From the human T2T-CHM13v2.0 reference genome, Homo sapiens, in NCBI RefSeq assembly GCF_009914755.1, contig NC_060927.1: a stretch of 64,000 nt of DNA, one strand, 5' to 3'. Positions within the stretch are counted from its first letter, which is position 1, and each line of letters starts with the position of its first letter. The translations under genes were made by a program, and so were the position numbers. Positions 1-20,633 of the stretch are shown piece by piece. The notes under the pieces were generated by a model. The model searched no databases and was not told the DNA's origin. It saw only the letters and a list, made by a program, of their open reading frames with translations.

Positions 1-479
<479 letters not shown>

Positions 480-1324
480 TCATTTCTTTTCCTGTTGAAG
501 AAACAGAATCATAAAGAGCTAATGTACCTGAAAAAAAGTCACATTATGGTTAAGAAATGAGATGACACATTGAGAACAAGAGCAAAATGCTCAATTGTAT
601 CTTAGGGATAGAAAAACAAGGAAGAAGAAGACGGTCAGTGGAGGAGGGTGGAAAAAAGATATTGAGCCAGCACAGCCAAGTCAGAAGGGTCACTGGAAAG
701 CAAGAGACTGGATTGCAAAGCATGCTGTGATCTTATATAAGTCACTCTCACACTATGTCTCTTTAGCAAAATGGTAAACTTTGAGTTCCCTTCCAACCAT
801 GACATTATATGGTTCCATGGTTCTCAGAAAAGATGTTGGGAGAGGGAAGGCTGGCAAATACCTCAAGTCAAATATAAGAAAGAGACAAGGAAAAGATGGG
901 AATGAGTTGAGAAATTTCTACTATGAGTGTATGATTAGGAAAGCGTACAAAAAGGAGAGATGTTGTATGACAGGACAGTAACAAGATTTGGAGAAGCTAT
1001 CAGTTGAGAAAAGCTGGACAGCAGTATTGAAGGAGACAGCAGAGTTCTAAAAGTGGGGATGCCACTGGCCCTCAGAGCACTGGCCCGGTAGGAGCCAGTT
1101 GTGCACTCCCAGAAAAGATAACAGGGACATCAATCATTTGAAATATAAATTAAAATGCCTTTGATTATCTAGAATATAAAGGAAATGATCAGGTAAATAT
1201 TTGCCTTTTGGAATTCTGAATACAAAATCTGGGAGAAGGCAGAGTAATCATGGCCATGGAAAAACACCAAAATGTGGGTTCCTTTCAATCACATCTGAAT
1301 TGGGGCTACAGCCATCATGTCAGT

Positions 1325-2120
1325 TAGCCTATGGAAAGTTTAAGATGTTTGGGTGAAAGATTCCTAAGCCCACCCTTTCCAGAGTTGGCTACTGCCCTAT
1401 ATGCATCAATCATAGCACCTGCACTGCCAAGAAGCCCTTCCAGGAAACTGCACTGCCCCAGTCTTTGCAGAGAGCAACACTTAGGCAACCATGCTCTGTG
1501 GCAAGTGATCCTGAACATCATCCCATGATGGACTGCAAGTGATTGGACCAGTACCAGGTACCAGACCCAAGGGCAGCTTATCTGTAGGTTAGTCTTCAGC
1601 CTCTGCCATGGCCTGGGCCAAAGCTCTGCCCAACCGAGATGATGAGTAATGGCTATAGCAATGGGAATCTGTCTCTAAGGAAATTCGGAACTGGAAGTAG
1701 GGCAAAATTACGAGTGGTAATGGAATCTGAAGTGATACATGGAGAGAAGCCAAGCCATTAGGAGACACAGCAAGCAACAAATATAAGGGAACAGGAAGTA
1801 CAATTAGGAAAGAGCTACGAAAAGGACAAAAGATTCACAGTGAAGAAAATGGGCAGCAGGAGGAGTACAAGCAGAGAGAAAACAGATACACTGCGAGCAG
1901 CTGCATTACATTCACACCAGAACACAGGCATCAACATGCATTTGCTTTTGCTGTTCAGGCTCCCAGGCTGCCCTGAGTCAAGGCCCTACTTCCCACAGTC
2001 TGGTCTAGCGATCAGTTTCTTCTGGGTTCTCATTCCTTTAAGCCTATGACTCACAGCTCCTTACTTACAATAACTTGAGTGGCTCTCTATTCCTTACAAC
2101 TAAAAAAACTCTACCTAAAC
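1325..2120 (+). mobile_element. Old MaLR LTR (MLT1-type) fragment
   Basis: 3' end cttgagtggctctctattccttacaactaaaaaa resembles MLT1 termini. Heavily diverged. Confidence 0.4.
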
Positions 2121-2335
2121 CACCTTATGTCAATCAATAATGAGGTGAAGAGAATGCTGATCATTGTTCAAGCTGAATGCAGAGAAGGTCCTATTCAAGA
2201 GGACCCAGGCAGCTCCATACACACTGACTCTTATTCACTCTAGCTTATCTCCGTTTGGAAATTTTCGTAGTAAAAAGTTTAAAAAGAAAAGGAATATAAA
2301 AAAGAGAATGGCAGCATGCAGACTCTAAGTGACTA

Positions 2336-2512
<177 letters not shown>

Positions 2513-2775
2513 TCACACCCTGAAGGGCAGAGTCATCAAGGGTACAGAGGGCACAGGGTATGGCCTCTTCGTGGGCAAAAGTATGGGAGAGAGGAGCTGA
2601 GATAACACCTCGAAAGTCCAGTGCAAGATAGAGTCCATTACCTCCAGGGGAAGCAATGAGGCAGGAGAGCCACAGGAATAGTCTTAGATGGGGCAGAGTC
2701 CTGGGGGTGAGACCTCTAGCCATTCTTGGACCAGACTCATGGGGACTTGGTAAAAACACAAAGAACCAAGCTCAC

Positions 2776-2790
2776 CTGGGGCCTGACCAT
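2776..2790 (-). CDS. ZNF852: ZNF852 first coding segment MVRPQ (exon spans 2867-2776)
   Basis: Acceptor ctttctttcctccctCAG before 2867, then ATG GTC AGG CCC CAG|gtgag, in frame with the KRAB exon. Matches the recalled ZNF852 N-terminus [14 protein letters not shown]. Confidence 0.85.
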
Positions 2791-3947
2791 CCGAAGTACA
2801 GTTGCCCCTGCTTGGTCTCCTGAGTTCCCCACTTGAGGAAGGGTAGGAACTGGAGAAGTACATTGAGCTGAGGGAGGAAAGAAAGCTATGAGTGGGACAA
2901 GCCCTGCTTCTGGCTCCCATAAGATCTATATTCCCAATAAGTGGATTCAAGAGAACCCAGGCACCTCCACACACACTGACTCTTAACCTCTTCCATAAGG
3001 CATTATCCCAAGAGTGGTGTGAATTTTCCCTGGAGGGTACAGTACAAGGTCCCGGATCAAGCTGAGAACTGGGTGTTCCTCCAAGCCCTCACTCTCTTCA
3101 ACCTTTTTCAAGGAAGCTATTCTGGCCACTCTCTCTCCCATGGCTTCCCTAGCACCAGCCAGCCCTGATTTTCCCCACACAGTTGTGGTTCCTCATGTCT
3201 GCTCCTGCCCTCTCATTATGGACACTCCTTGCAACTCAGGCCCCAGTGCTTCCTTGTTTTTTCCGTCAGCAATCTGACCAACTCTCATTGCTTTAATACT
3301 GCTCTCACAGTTCTTACTTCTCTCCTAGACCCCTACCACATGCCTCCTGTTGCCTATGGGACATTGCACTTGGGTGTCCTGCAACACCTCAAGTTCAGTG
3401 TCTAAAATGCATGTTCTTACTACCTTCCTCTCTGGATTTCCCAAGTTATGTCAATGAATTCACACACTGGCCAAAACATTTTAATTCCTCTCTTTTCTTC
3501 AAACACAAGTCCCATGGATACTCCCAAAACTTATCTACAGGTTCAACACAATCCCTATCAGATTCCCAGGGGGCATCTTTTTAGAAGTCGAAAGTTGATC
3601 CTAAAATTTATGTGGAAACTCAAGAGAACCATACAGTCACAATTCTTCTTGAAAAAGAGGAATAAAGTTGAAGGACTCAAACTTCTCAATTTCAAAACTT
3701 CCTACAGAACAACAGTCTTCAATTTATTGTATTCCTGTCATAAGAATAGACATACAGTTCAATGGATTAGAATTAAGAGTCCAGAAATAAACTATATATC
3801 TTTAGTCATTATTTTACAATGGTGCCAAGATCATTCAAAGTGGAAAGAATGATCTTTTCAATGAATGGTGCTGAGACAACTGGATATGCACCTGCAAAAT
3901 AATGAAGATGGTGCTCTACCTCACTCCATCTATAAAAATAACTTCTA

Positions 3948-4291
<344 letters not shown>

Positions 4292-4659
4292 CTAAAACTC
4301 TTACAAGAAACCTGTGTAGAAGTCTTTGTGACTTATACCTTTATGACAACGGATTTGTAAACACCAAAATCATATTAAAACAAGGAAAAAATAATAAAAA
4401 ATAAATAAATTGGACTTTACCAAAAGGAAAACCTCTTGTGCATAAAAGAAAAGAAGAAGAAAGTGAAAAGCCATCCACAGACTGGAAGAAAACACTGGCA
4501 AATCATGTATCTGATAAAGACTTGTATCTGGAATATATAAATAATATATTTATATTCTTTAATATATATATATTCTTTATATAGAGAGAATATATATTTA
4601 TATTCTTTATATATTACAACTCAATAATAAAAAGAAAAAAATAACAAATTTTAAAATAG

Positions 4660-4960
<301 letters not shown>

Positions 4961-5121
4961 GGCCAAAGGGTCTGAATTGACATTTCTCCAAAGAAAATAT
5001 TAAAATGTCTAATAAGTACACAGGATAGTCATCAGGGAATGCAGATTAACCGAACAATAAGATAGTACTTCACACCCAGTAAGGTGGCTAGAACAAAAAT
5101 CCGATAATAACAAGCAATCAT

Positions 5122-5380
5122 GGGAGGCCAAGGTGAGTGGATTGCTTGAGTCCAGGAGTTCAAGGCCAGCCTGGGCAACATGGCAAAATCCTCTCTCTAC
5201 AAAAAATACAAAAAATTAACTGGGCCTGGTGGCATGCACCTGTGGTCCCAGCTACCCAGGAGGCTGATGTGGGAAGATGGCCTGGGCCTGGAAGGTCGAG
5301 GCTACAGTAAGCCAAGATCACACCACTGCATTCCAGCCTGGGGGACAGAGCAAGACTCTGTCTCAAAAAAATAAATAAAA
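5122..5380 (+). mobile_element. AluJ, 5'-truncated
   Basis: Diverged Alu with J-type features. Confidence 0.9.
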
Positions 5381-6456
5381 AATCAGTGAGAATGTGGAGA
5401 TATTGAAACTTTATCCACTGCTGGTGGATATGTAAATTGATGCATACACTTATGAAAACAGTCTGACAGTTCCTCACGAAGTTAAACATACATTTACTAA
5501 TTGACCTAGCAATTCTACTCCTATATATATATACACCCAAGATAAAAGAAAATAGATGTCCATACAAAAACTCATACACAAATGTTCATAGCAGCATTAC
5601 ACATAATAGTAAAAAGGAAGAAACAATCCAAGTATTCATCCAGCTTTTCATATTTATTGGCATAAAGCTATTTACAGTATTGGTATTCTCTTAAAATTAA
5701 ATAACTATATCTTCTTTTTGTGCACACTCTTAACAATCCAGGAATAGAGACATCCTTAAACTGACATGCAGAATAGACGAAAGAAATCTCCAACAGACGT
5801 GACACTAAATGGTAAAGACATAAAAACCTTTGCAATTAAAAATAGGAACAAACATTGTAATCCTAGACAATGTAATTAGACCAGAAAAAAAAATGCAGAA
5901 AATAGACAAGAAAGATGCAAAGCAAATATACGCATGAATGATATGAAACATCACCTAAAAAATTAAACAGAATGAACCAAAAAAACAGAACGTCATAAGA
6001 CATTCAGGAGATTGAATATATAATCAATATATACTCAATAACTTTCCAACACAATAGCAACCAATCAGAAAATGAATTAAAACAATAGCAACAAAAATAT
6101 AAAGTACTCAGAAATAAAGCCAATAAAAAATGTACAAGACCTTAGTGGATAAATAGAAAACTCTGCCTAAAGACATAACAGATATAAATACATTTTGTAT
6201 GGGAAAACACTCCTTCAAGATGTCAGTTTTTTCTAAATTAACATGCAAAGTCAACAAAATCCCAGCCAACTACAATGTAATTTTTCATAGAGCTTGATAA
6301 GCATACTCTAAAATTCAAATGAATGAGAAAAATAATAGTTAAGAAAACTTTTTAGATGTGGAAAGTTTTGTTCTACCAGACAATAAGGCTTAATATAAAG
6401 CTGTAGTACTTGAAACAGCATATATTACTGAAGAAATATAAATATGCAAACTGTAG

Positions 6457-6681
<225 letters not shown>

Positions 6682-6717
6682 TAAGTTTGATGCATGACAG
6701 AGATAGTGTCACCACAG

Positions 6718-8385
<1,668 letters not shown>

Positions 8386-8513
8386 GTAGCATTACAAGTC
8401 AGTGGGAAAAATTAAACTAGTCAATGAATTGTGTTGGGACAATTGGCTAGGCAAATAAAAATAGTAAGTAAAATCACACAAAAAATAAAGAAACTTAAAA
8501 AACAAAGCTAAAA

Positions 8514-8813
8514 GGCTGGGTGCGGTGGCTCACGCCTGTAATCCCAGCTCTTTGGGAGGCCAAGGTGGGTGGATCACAAGGTCAGGAGTTCAAGACCAAC
8601 CTAACCAAGATGGTGAAATCCCATCTCTACTTTAAAAAAAAAAAAAGCCAGATGTGGTGGCAGGCGCCTGTAATCTCAGATACTCGGGAGGCTGAGGCAG
8701 AGAATTGCTTGAACCCAGGAGGCAGAGGCTGCAGTGATCCAAGATTGTGCCACTGCACTCCAGCCTGGGTGACACAGAGTGAGACTCTGTCTCAAAAAAA
8801 AAAAAGAAAAAAA
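8514..8813 (+). mobile_element. AluS
   Basis: Full dimer with poly(A). Confidence 0.95.
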
Positions 8814-10179
8814 CCATAAAGACTCTAAGAACCCTGGTGTAACCAAGAATTTCTTAAGACAACAAAATGAAAAGAGTGAATATATTTGAATACATCAATA
8901 TGAAAAAAATCTCTGTCCAAAAGAAAAGCAAAAGAAAAAAACACCAAACACAAACCACTAATAGATGTGGAAATGTAATAGCCAACAGGAAGGATAGTTT
9001 GAAAGTCCACAGTAAAACTAAAAAGACATATTCCTTACGCTACAGGAATTTAACTTGTAAGAATCTGCCCTGAAAAACACTTGCACGGGTATTCAGACAT
9101 TTACACAGGTATTTACTAAAATATTCTCTGTAATAACATAATACTGGATTTAACCTACTTGTCCATCAATATGGCTAAATAAAAGTAGCATTTTTATAGG
9201 ATGAAATACCATACAGCACCTAAAAGGAACATACTAGATCCTTATGCATCACCATGACTGTTCCACTATTCACCAGGTGGCCAGGCTGTGCTGCCAAGAT
9301 TAAAAGGCCATCCAAGGAAGGGATAGCACATGATTTGAGGTCGCTGAGGACAGATACCAACCACATCAGGCCCCAAGAGGTACAGCGTATACTTACAGCA
9401 AAGGAGAAACAGGGAACAAGATCCAGCCTCCTGCAATGCAAAGAGCCCCCACACCCAGCAGATCCACTCCACAGCTATAGGGCTGGTGTGATGCACACAC
9501 CCCACTTAGTAAGGAAGAAAGATCTCAATCCACCCTCCCCACTCCTATGGGGTGTGAAATACAGAAGGCTGAGAGAATGAATGAAGGCCACTGACTTAAG
9601 AGATTAAACACAACAAAGGAGTACACATGAAGCCTGAAACACTGAAAGACACAAGGCATTAAATGCAGCAGCACAGGCTGTGAGGGCTCTAACTCTGCAA
9701 GGAAATGTTCCAGGCTCAAGGTCACTCTTACATTCTTAACTTGGCAATGGGCTATTTAAAAAAAAAAAAAAGACATTAAAAACTGTCAATTCTTCTTGTC
9801 TCCCAGTTTAGATATTCCTTCTTTCATTAATTTAACAAACACCTTCTAGGAGCACCTACTATTTCCCATACACTAAGGTAACAGCAGTTAATAAAGCAAA
9901 CAGAAAGCACTGCCCTGGCAAGGGGCTTATGGGAAGATAACCAATAAACAAATACATGCTATGTTAGACGGCGACAGGTGCCAGGAAGTGAAATAAGACA
10001 AGAAAAAGGGAGAAGTCTATGCCAGATGTTTTCAATGTCAGGAGACCTGGAGACTAAGATTTCCGGACGGTGGCTACTTTCACTTTTCTTCCACTTATCT
10101 AATTGTCTCTAATAAGTACGCTTTATTCGCATAATTGGGTGAAAAGATAAAGCCAGAAGAAACCGGGAATTTTCCAGAT

Positions 10180-10680
10180 TCTCTGCCCCAGACGCCCGGG
10201 GGGCGAAGAGGTATGCCCTCGGCGCGGCCGGGCGGGATCCACGGCCAGACCCCCGCCCCGGGTGCAGCCTCCAGGCCCGGCCTCACCTGCCACTCTCGCA
10301 CGCACAGCCGCCCCCGCTCCGCACCCCGCGCCCCGCCGGGCCGCTCACCGACTCCGCCGCCGAGAGACAATCATCCAAACGCCGCCACCGCAGCCGACCG
10401 CCCCGCGCCTACCTCCCAGCTTCCCCAGTTGCGCACGCGCGTCGCCTCCCCGGGCCCTCTGCGGCCTCTCTAGGAAACTGGGAGGGCCAACATCTCTGCT
10501 TCTCCCTGGGCCCAGGGCCGCTGGCGGCGGGCGGCGGGCGGCGGGCCCTCCGCGGACACTTGTCTTCCACGCTCTGATGCCCAGGCGCGCTCCAGAACTC
10601 TATCGGCTTTGGCGTATTATCCTACATCCCTCCCATCGGTTCTGCACGGCTGCCCTGGAGGCCTCTTTTCCTTCGGGGAA
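10180..10680 (-). promoter_or_regulatory. ZNF852: CpG island / ZNF852 promoter and non-coding exon 1
   Basis: Very GC- and CpG-rich. Minus-strand donors CAG|GTGAGG (exon end 10287) and TCG|GTGAGC (exon end 10349). NRF1-like TGCGCACGCGC at 10430-10440 and several GC boxes. Confidence 0.8.
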
Positions 10681-10718
10681 GAAAGGGATCCAAAGCTAGC
10701 GGTGAAAATAGAGCCAGC

Positions 10719-11113
<395 letters not shown>

Positions 11114-11741
11114 TTAAGTAAATGCTACAAGCCCTAGGCGCACTTTTGCAACTGTTCAAGGGTCATCAGGCTGCACATGACTGACCAAGACACTCAGTTG
11201 CCCACTTTGGATGGAGCTACAGCTTTGTGGGAAAAACAGATAATAGAAATTACACAAATACATCAATGTCAAGTGGTTACGAACACTGTTGAAATGTAAC
11301 AGAGTTATTTAATTGACAGCGACTGATGATAATGCTTGTATTTTTTCTGGTACTTTTCTGTATACTTCCGGTAGCTCATAACACACTGGCTGCCATGCAT
11401 TGATTTGAGTTGCCCAAGGAAATAGAGTCAGTAACTGGAATAGCCACTGAATCCAAATCTTTTGGTCTTTTCACTACTGTGCTTCATAAAAGCTCTCCCG
11501 TCCCACGTCCCTGTAGAGGGAGAGTTGGGGATAGCATGGCTCCTAGCTGAGATCCCAGAAGCTAGGGGTAGAAGGTTGTGGGCAGGATAGTGAGGAGGGC
11601 AAGATTCCAAGGAAAACTAAAATCCCTGCCCAGGAACGGTTACCACCTGGGAAAGCAGGAATGACCCAACGCATCAAGGCCCAGAGTGTACTCAAAGAAC
11701 AACAGGTTAGGATGAGGGTCAAAACTCAGACCAGAAAGAGC

Positions 11742-11886
11742 ATTAGCTGAGCTTGGTGGTGCACGCCTGTAGTCCTAGCTACTGTGGAGGCAGAGGCGGA
11801 AGGATCGCTTGGGCCGGGGAGGTCGAGGCTGCAGTGAGCTATGATTGGGGCAGTGTACTCCAGCTTGGGCGACAGAGCGAGACCCA
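11742..11886 (+). mobile_element. Alu monomer followed by a GA-rich simple repeat
   Basis: Alu right-arm sequence, then a purine tract to about 11975. Confidence 0.85.
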
Positions 11887-11979
11887 AGGAAGGAAGGGAG
11901 GAAGGGAGGGAGGGAAGTGAGAAAGAGAGAAAAGGAATGAAAGAGAGAAGGAAGAAAGAGAGAGAACGAGAAAGAACAG

Positions 11980-14450
<2,471 letters not shown>

Positions 14451-14456
14451 CAAATA

Positions 14457-15475
14457 CAGTTGACCCTTGAACAACATGGATTTGAATGGCCTGGGTCAAC
14501 TTATACATGAATTTTCTTCTGCCTCTGCCACCTCTGAGACAGCAAGACCAGCCCCTACTCTTTATCTTCCTCCTCAACCTACTCAATGTGAAGACAGTGA
14601 GGATGAAGGCTTATATGATGATCCACTTCCCCTTAATAAATAGTAAATATATTTTCTCTTCCTTATGACTTTTTTTTTTTTAAGACAGGATCTTGCTCTG
14701 TCACCCAGGCTAGAGTGCAGTGGCGCAATCATAGTTCACTTCAGCCTCACCTTCCCTAGCTCAAGCAATCCTTCCATCTCAGCCTTTGGAGTAGCCAGGG
14801 CCGCAAGTGTACACCACCACACATGCCTAATTTGCAAAATTTTTGTAGGAATGGGATCTCTTCATATTGCCCAGGCTGCTCTCGAACTCCTGGGCTCAAG
14901 TCATCCTCCCACCTTGGCCTCCCAAAGTGCTGGGATTACAGGTGTGAGAAGATTTTTTTTTTTAATTGAGATAGGATCTCACTCTGTTGCTGAGGCTGTG
15001 GCATGATCACAGCTCACTGCAGCCTCAAACTCCTGGGCTCAAGGGTTCCTCTTGTCTCAACCTCCCAAGTAGCTAGGACCACAGGTGCATGCCACCATGC
15101 CCAGCTAATTTTTTAAAAAATTTTTTGTAGAGATGGAGTCTCACTATGTTGCCAAGGCTGGTCTTGAACTCCAGTCCTCATACAATCCTGCCTGGGCCTC
15201 TCAAAGTGCTGGGATTACAGGAATGAGCCACTACACCTGCCCAGTTTTCTCATTAACATTTTCTTTTCATAATTTACTGTATTGTAAGAATACTGTCTAT
15301 AATACATGTTACATACAAAATATGTGTTAATTAACAGTTTATGTTATCTCTAAGGCTTCTGGTCAACAGTAGATGATTAGTAGTTAAATTTGGGGGGAGG
15401 CAAAAGTTATATGCAGATTTTCTACTTCATGGTGGGTCAGTATTCCTAACCCCTAAGTTATTCAAGGGTCAACTA
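14457..15475. mobile_element. Tigger2a (MER28-type) DNA transposon with two AluJ insertions (14670-15244, minus)
   Basis: TIRs CAGTTGACCCTTGAA...TTCAAGGGTCAACT, flanked by TA. Confidence 0.85.
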
Positions 15476-15479
15476 TATG

Positions 15480-15998
15480 TCCACAATTTTTTGCTACTTC
15501 TCCCTTCAAGAGATGGAGCTGGACTTAGTGACTTGCTTCTAACAAATAGAATAAGGCAGAAGTGATGATGGCTCACTTCCAAGACTAGGTTATAAAATGT
15601 CTATGGCTTCCTTTGTCCTCTGTTTCTGAGATCACTCACATTAAAGGGTGCTAGCTGCCATGCCTTGAGAACACTTAAGCAGCATCATGGAAGGCCCACG
15701 TGGCAAGAGACTGAGGACTCCTGCCAAGTGCTAGCGAATAACTCAGGCCCCTCTTCAACGGTCACATTAGTGAACCATCTTGGAAGTGGCTCCTCCAGAG
15801 CCAGTTGAGCCTTAAGATGATGACAGCCCCGGTCAACATCACAGCTAAAATCTCAGGACAGACTTTGAGCAAGAACAAATCAGCTAAGCTACTCCTGAAT
15901 GTCTGACCCACAGAAACGGTGATACAGGCAGTGTTTGTTGTTTAAGCCACAAGTTTGGGGATAATCTGTTATATAGCAACACATAGATAATGACTATA
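15480..15998 (+). mobile_element. MLT1F-type MaLR LTR
   Basis: gacttagtgacttgcttctaacaaatagaat...aggcccacgtggcaagagactgagg...ttaagccacaagtttgggg. Confidence 0.75.
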
Positions 15999-16249
15999 CA
16001 AAGTTTTTAAAAATCTCTTAAATTTCCCACACTATCCTTCATCTGCAGTTCCTCACTCCCTCTCTGAAATGGTACTTGGAAATTTTGAAATAATCCTACG
16101 CATTAGTTAGGACTCTCTTCATCATACGTAAGAGCCACAGATCAAACTACTTGGAGCAAAAGAGGAAGTATCTTACATAAACACTTGAGCAGCAGGGGTG
16201 CAGCTGGATCTTAGAAATCCCTGAAACCAGAGACTAGAAAGTTGGTTAG

Positions 16250-16641
<392 letters not shown>

Positions 16642-16739
16642 GGTTGCATGCCCATTTCTAAACCAATCAACAGTTGTGGGCAGGACTTCTGTTTCAAGTA
16701 ATTTTGCATATTAGATGACCTGAAAACTCTCCTGCACAG

Positions 16740-17045
16740 AGATGTAGAGATTTAAAATACGAAAGTTTCAATAGAATCCAGAGGTTCACACACACAAAAA
16801 GAAAATATGAAAGAGTCTAAGAGACATAGAGGAAGAAATTATAAGGTTTCGCCTACAGCTATTAGGAGTTCCAGAAAAGAAAAAAATTAACCACATGTAT
16901 TCAAAGATAGAATAGCTGTTAATTTTCCAAAATTATTGAAAAACCAAAATCCTTAGATTCAGAAAGCCCAGTAAATCCTAAACAGGATAAATAAATATAA
17001 ATCTGCACCTAGACACACTGTAGTGAAATTGCAAGATATCAAAGT
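16740..17045 (+). mobile_element. Old L1 ORF1 fragment
   Basis: attaggagttccagaa...cagaaagcccagtaaatcctaaacaggataaa...cacctagacacac. Confidence 0.7.
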
Positions 17046-17371
17046 TTTTTCTCATGCATCCTGTCCAGGCCTGATAAGTCTCTTTTGGTTAAAGTTTCTT
17101 TTGTCAACATTCCTCTTAGATTGACAGGGACCAGAAACAGGCACCTATCCCCAGTTATAGTTTGATAATTAGGCTACTTGCTTCATTGTTCCATTCCTCC
17201 CCCAACAGACATAGCGGTCCATACTCCTGAAGTGGGGGTCACAGCAAAGTATCATTTCAACACTGGCAGCCATTAACAAATACACACATCACCGATGTTC
17301 CCAGCATAAGCGTGCTGCTGGTTCTGCTGAAGGTACTGCTTGTAACATAAATATAATATAAAAAAGCAAAT

Positions 17372-17978
<607 letters not shown>

Positions 17979-17989
17979 GCAAATGCTTT

Positions 17990-18634
17990 TTAAAATGCTG
18001 CTTTGATTCAGTTTGAGATCCTGGCTAGAAGCTGATCAGTTCCTCTTTTTGAGCATCTGATTAAGTCCACACCCCAACACACTCCACACTGTGACCATAA
18101 GATATGCAAGTGTCTCCAAATCAAAAGGAAGAAGTTTCTCTCGTATAGGGCAAGGAGGAGGTAAATAGAGATAAGCAGAATCTTTGAGGGGAAGTTGGAC
18201 AAGCAAACGGAAATAACCAGTGAGGTCTGACAGGACGGTATCTTCCTGTGGTGTGCCAGTTCCCAGGAGAGGCTGATAAAGGGGTTTATTCCACTGTTTG
18301 TATTCACTTAGGTGTGGAGTCAGGCAGAATTCTGGGACCCGTAGGAAGGAGAGAAGCCTGAGGAAAGTTTGGCTCTCAGGTATTTTGTTCCACTTGATCA
18401 GTGGGGACAAGCATTTTAGCTAATCATTCATGGGGCAAAGAATGGGAATTTGGAGGGTCTGTGTCTGGCCTTGTCATCGGTAAACTGGAGGTATCTGGGA
18501 GTCTTACGTAAGTCACATGGGGAAGGGTGGTTCTGTGTAGAAAGTCATTTTCTGGAACACAGGAGAGTGAGGAGATTTCTTAACCTTCACTGTTAACCAG
18601 AATCACAGGGCTCAGGTAAAATTCAGCATTGTCA
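17990..18634 (-). mobile_element. ERV1-class LTR (MER34/MER39-like)
   Basis: Minus strand begins TGACAATGCTGAATTTTACCTGAGCCCTGTG. Subfamily uncertain. Confidence 0.5.
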
Positions 18635-19305
18635 AAAGTAAAAACAGCAATGGTTCTCTGAGGCAATTATAAGTCCAACAGCTCTTCATAGGTGTGACCT
18701 TTATAAGTGACCTTTTTTCTGCATACAGAGCAGAGAAGTGAGAAGAGCACGTGATTTAGTCATAAAAATACCTTACATTTACATACCAATAGCTACCTTT
18801 TTCATATTTGTTAAAGATATGTTTAGGGTAAAATTACAATGATATAAATTTAACTTGTACTATAAAATTGCACTGTCAGTCACTGCTTCGTTCAAAGCTG
18901 GTTTTTCCTTTTCTTTCTTTTTCCTTTTGTGGAGAACAGGAATGTTCTCGCTATGTGGCCCAAGCTGGGCTCAAGCGATCTTCCTGCCTCCATCTCCCTG
19001 AGTGCTGGGATTACAGGCACAAACTACTGTACCCTGGCTTGGTTTTCCTTTTCTGCTATCTGGAAAACCCTGAACTCATTACCTCAGTGTTGCTTGCCTA
19101 CAGCTTCTGGTAGCTCCCTATTTCTGTCTGTGTCAGCTGCAGTTATACCCCTTTATTATCAATTTATAGGTTATGAAAGGGCGATAGTTTACCTGGGATG
19201 CAGGGAACTATATTGAGATTCTTGTTCTCCAAAGAATGTTGAACAGACTTATGTTCCAAGTTCCTTCTGGCACCAAGTCTAATGTTACTGTCAAGAAAGC
19301 AAACT

Positions 19306-19606
19306 GGCCAGGCGCGGTGGCTCACGCCTGTAATCCCAGCACTTTGGGAGGCCGAGGCGGATGGATCACGAGGTCAGGAGTTCAAGACAGCCTAGCCAAG
19401 ATGGTGAAACCCTGCCTCTACTGAAAATACAAGAATTAGCCAGGCATGGTGGTGGGCGCCTGTAATCCCAGCTACTCGGGAGGCTGCGGCAGAGAACTGC
19501 TTGGATCCGGGAGGCAGAGGTTGCAGTGAGCCAAGACCGTGGCCACTGCACTCCAGCCTGGGTGACAAAGTGAGACTCTGTCTCAAAAAAAAAAGAAAAA
19601 AAAAAG
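19306..19606 (+). mobile_element. AluS
   Basis: Full dimer; TSD aagaaagcaaact. Confidence 0.95.
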
Positions 19607-19946
19607 AAAGCAAACTAAAGTGAATAAAATAGTCGGTAAAGGCTGTATTCAGCTTATGTGTGTATCAGTGAGCACCTCGAAATGAGGCAAATCTCTGAGC
19701 CAAAGAAACATTGGAGTTTTTGTAAGGTGAGAAGAGAAGGCTACAGATTGTGCTCTTGCTTCTGGCTACAGTTTTCTTTATGTGTAACTGCTGTGAAGCT
19801 TAGGGTTGGAATGGAAGCATGTGTTCGATTATTAATGCCTGTTTCTCTGGATCCTTGGTGCAATTTCTTTTTGGCAACTCTCAGGACACTTCTTTGGAGA
19901 GCTATCTTTGTAAGTTTTGCAGGTCGTCTGTTATAAACTAATGCTA

Positions 19947-20633
<687 letters not shown>

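Noticed and set aside
10095-10699. Pro/Arg/Gly-rich ORFs of 90-145 aa
   Set aside because: Stop-poor CpG-island sequence with no recognisable domain. The same applies to 54588-55372.
17200-17360. Possible small-RNA pseudogene
   Set aside because: No recognisable match to Y, U, tRNA or 7SK sequences.
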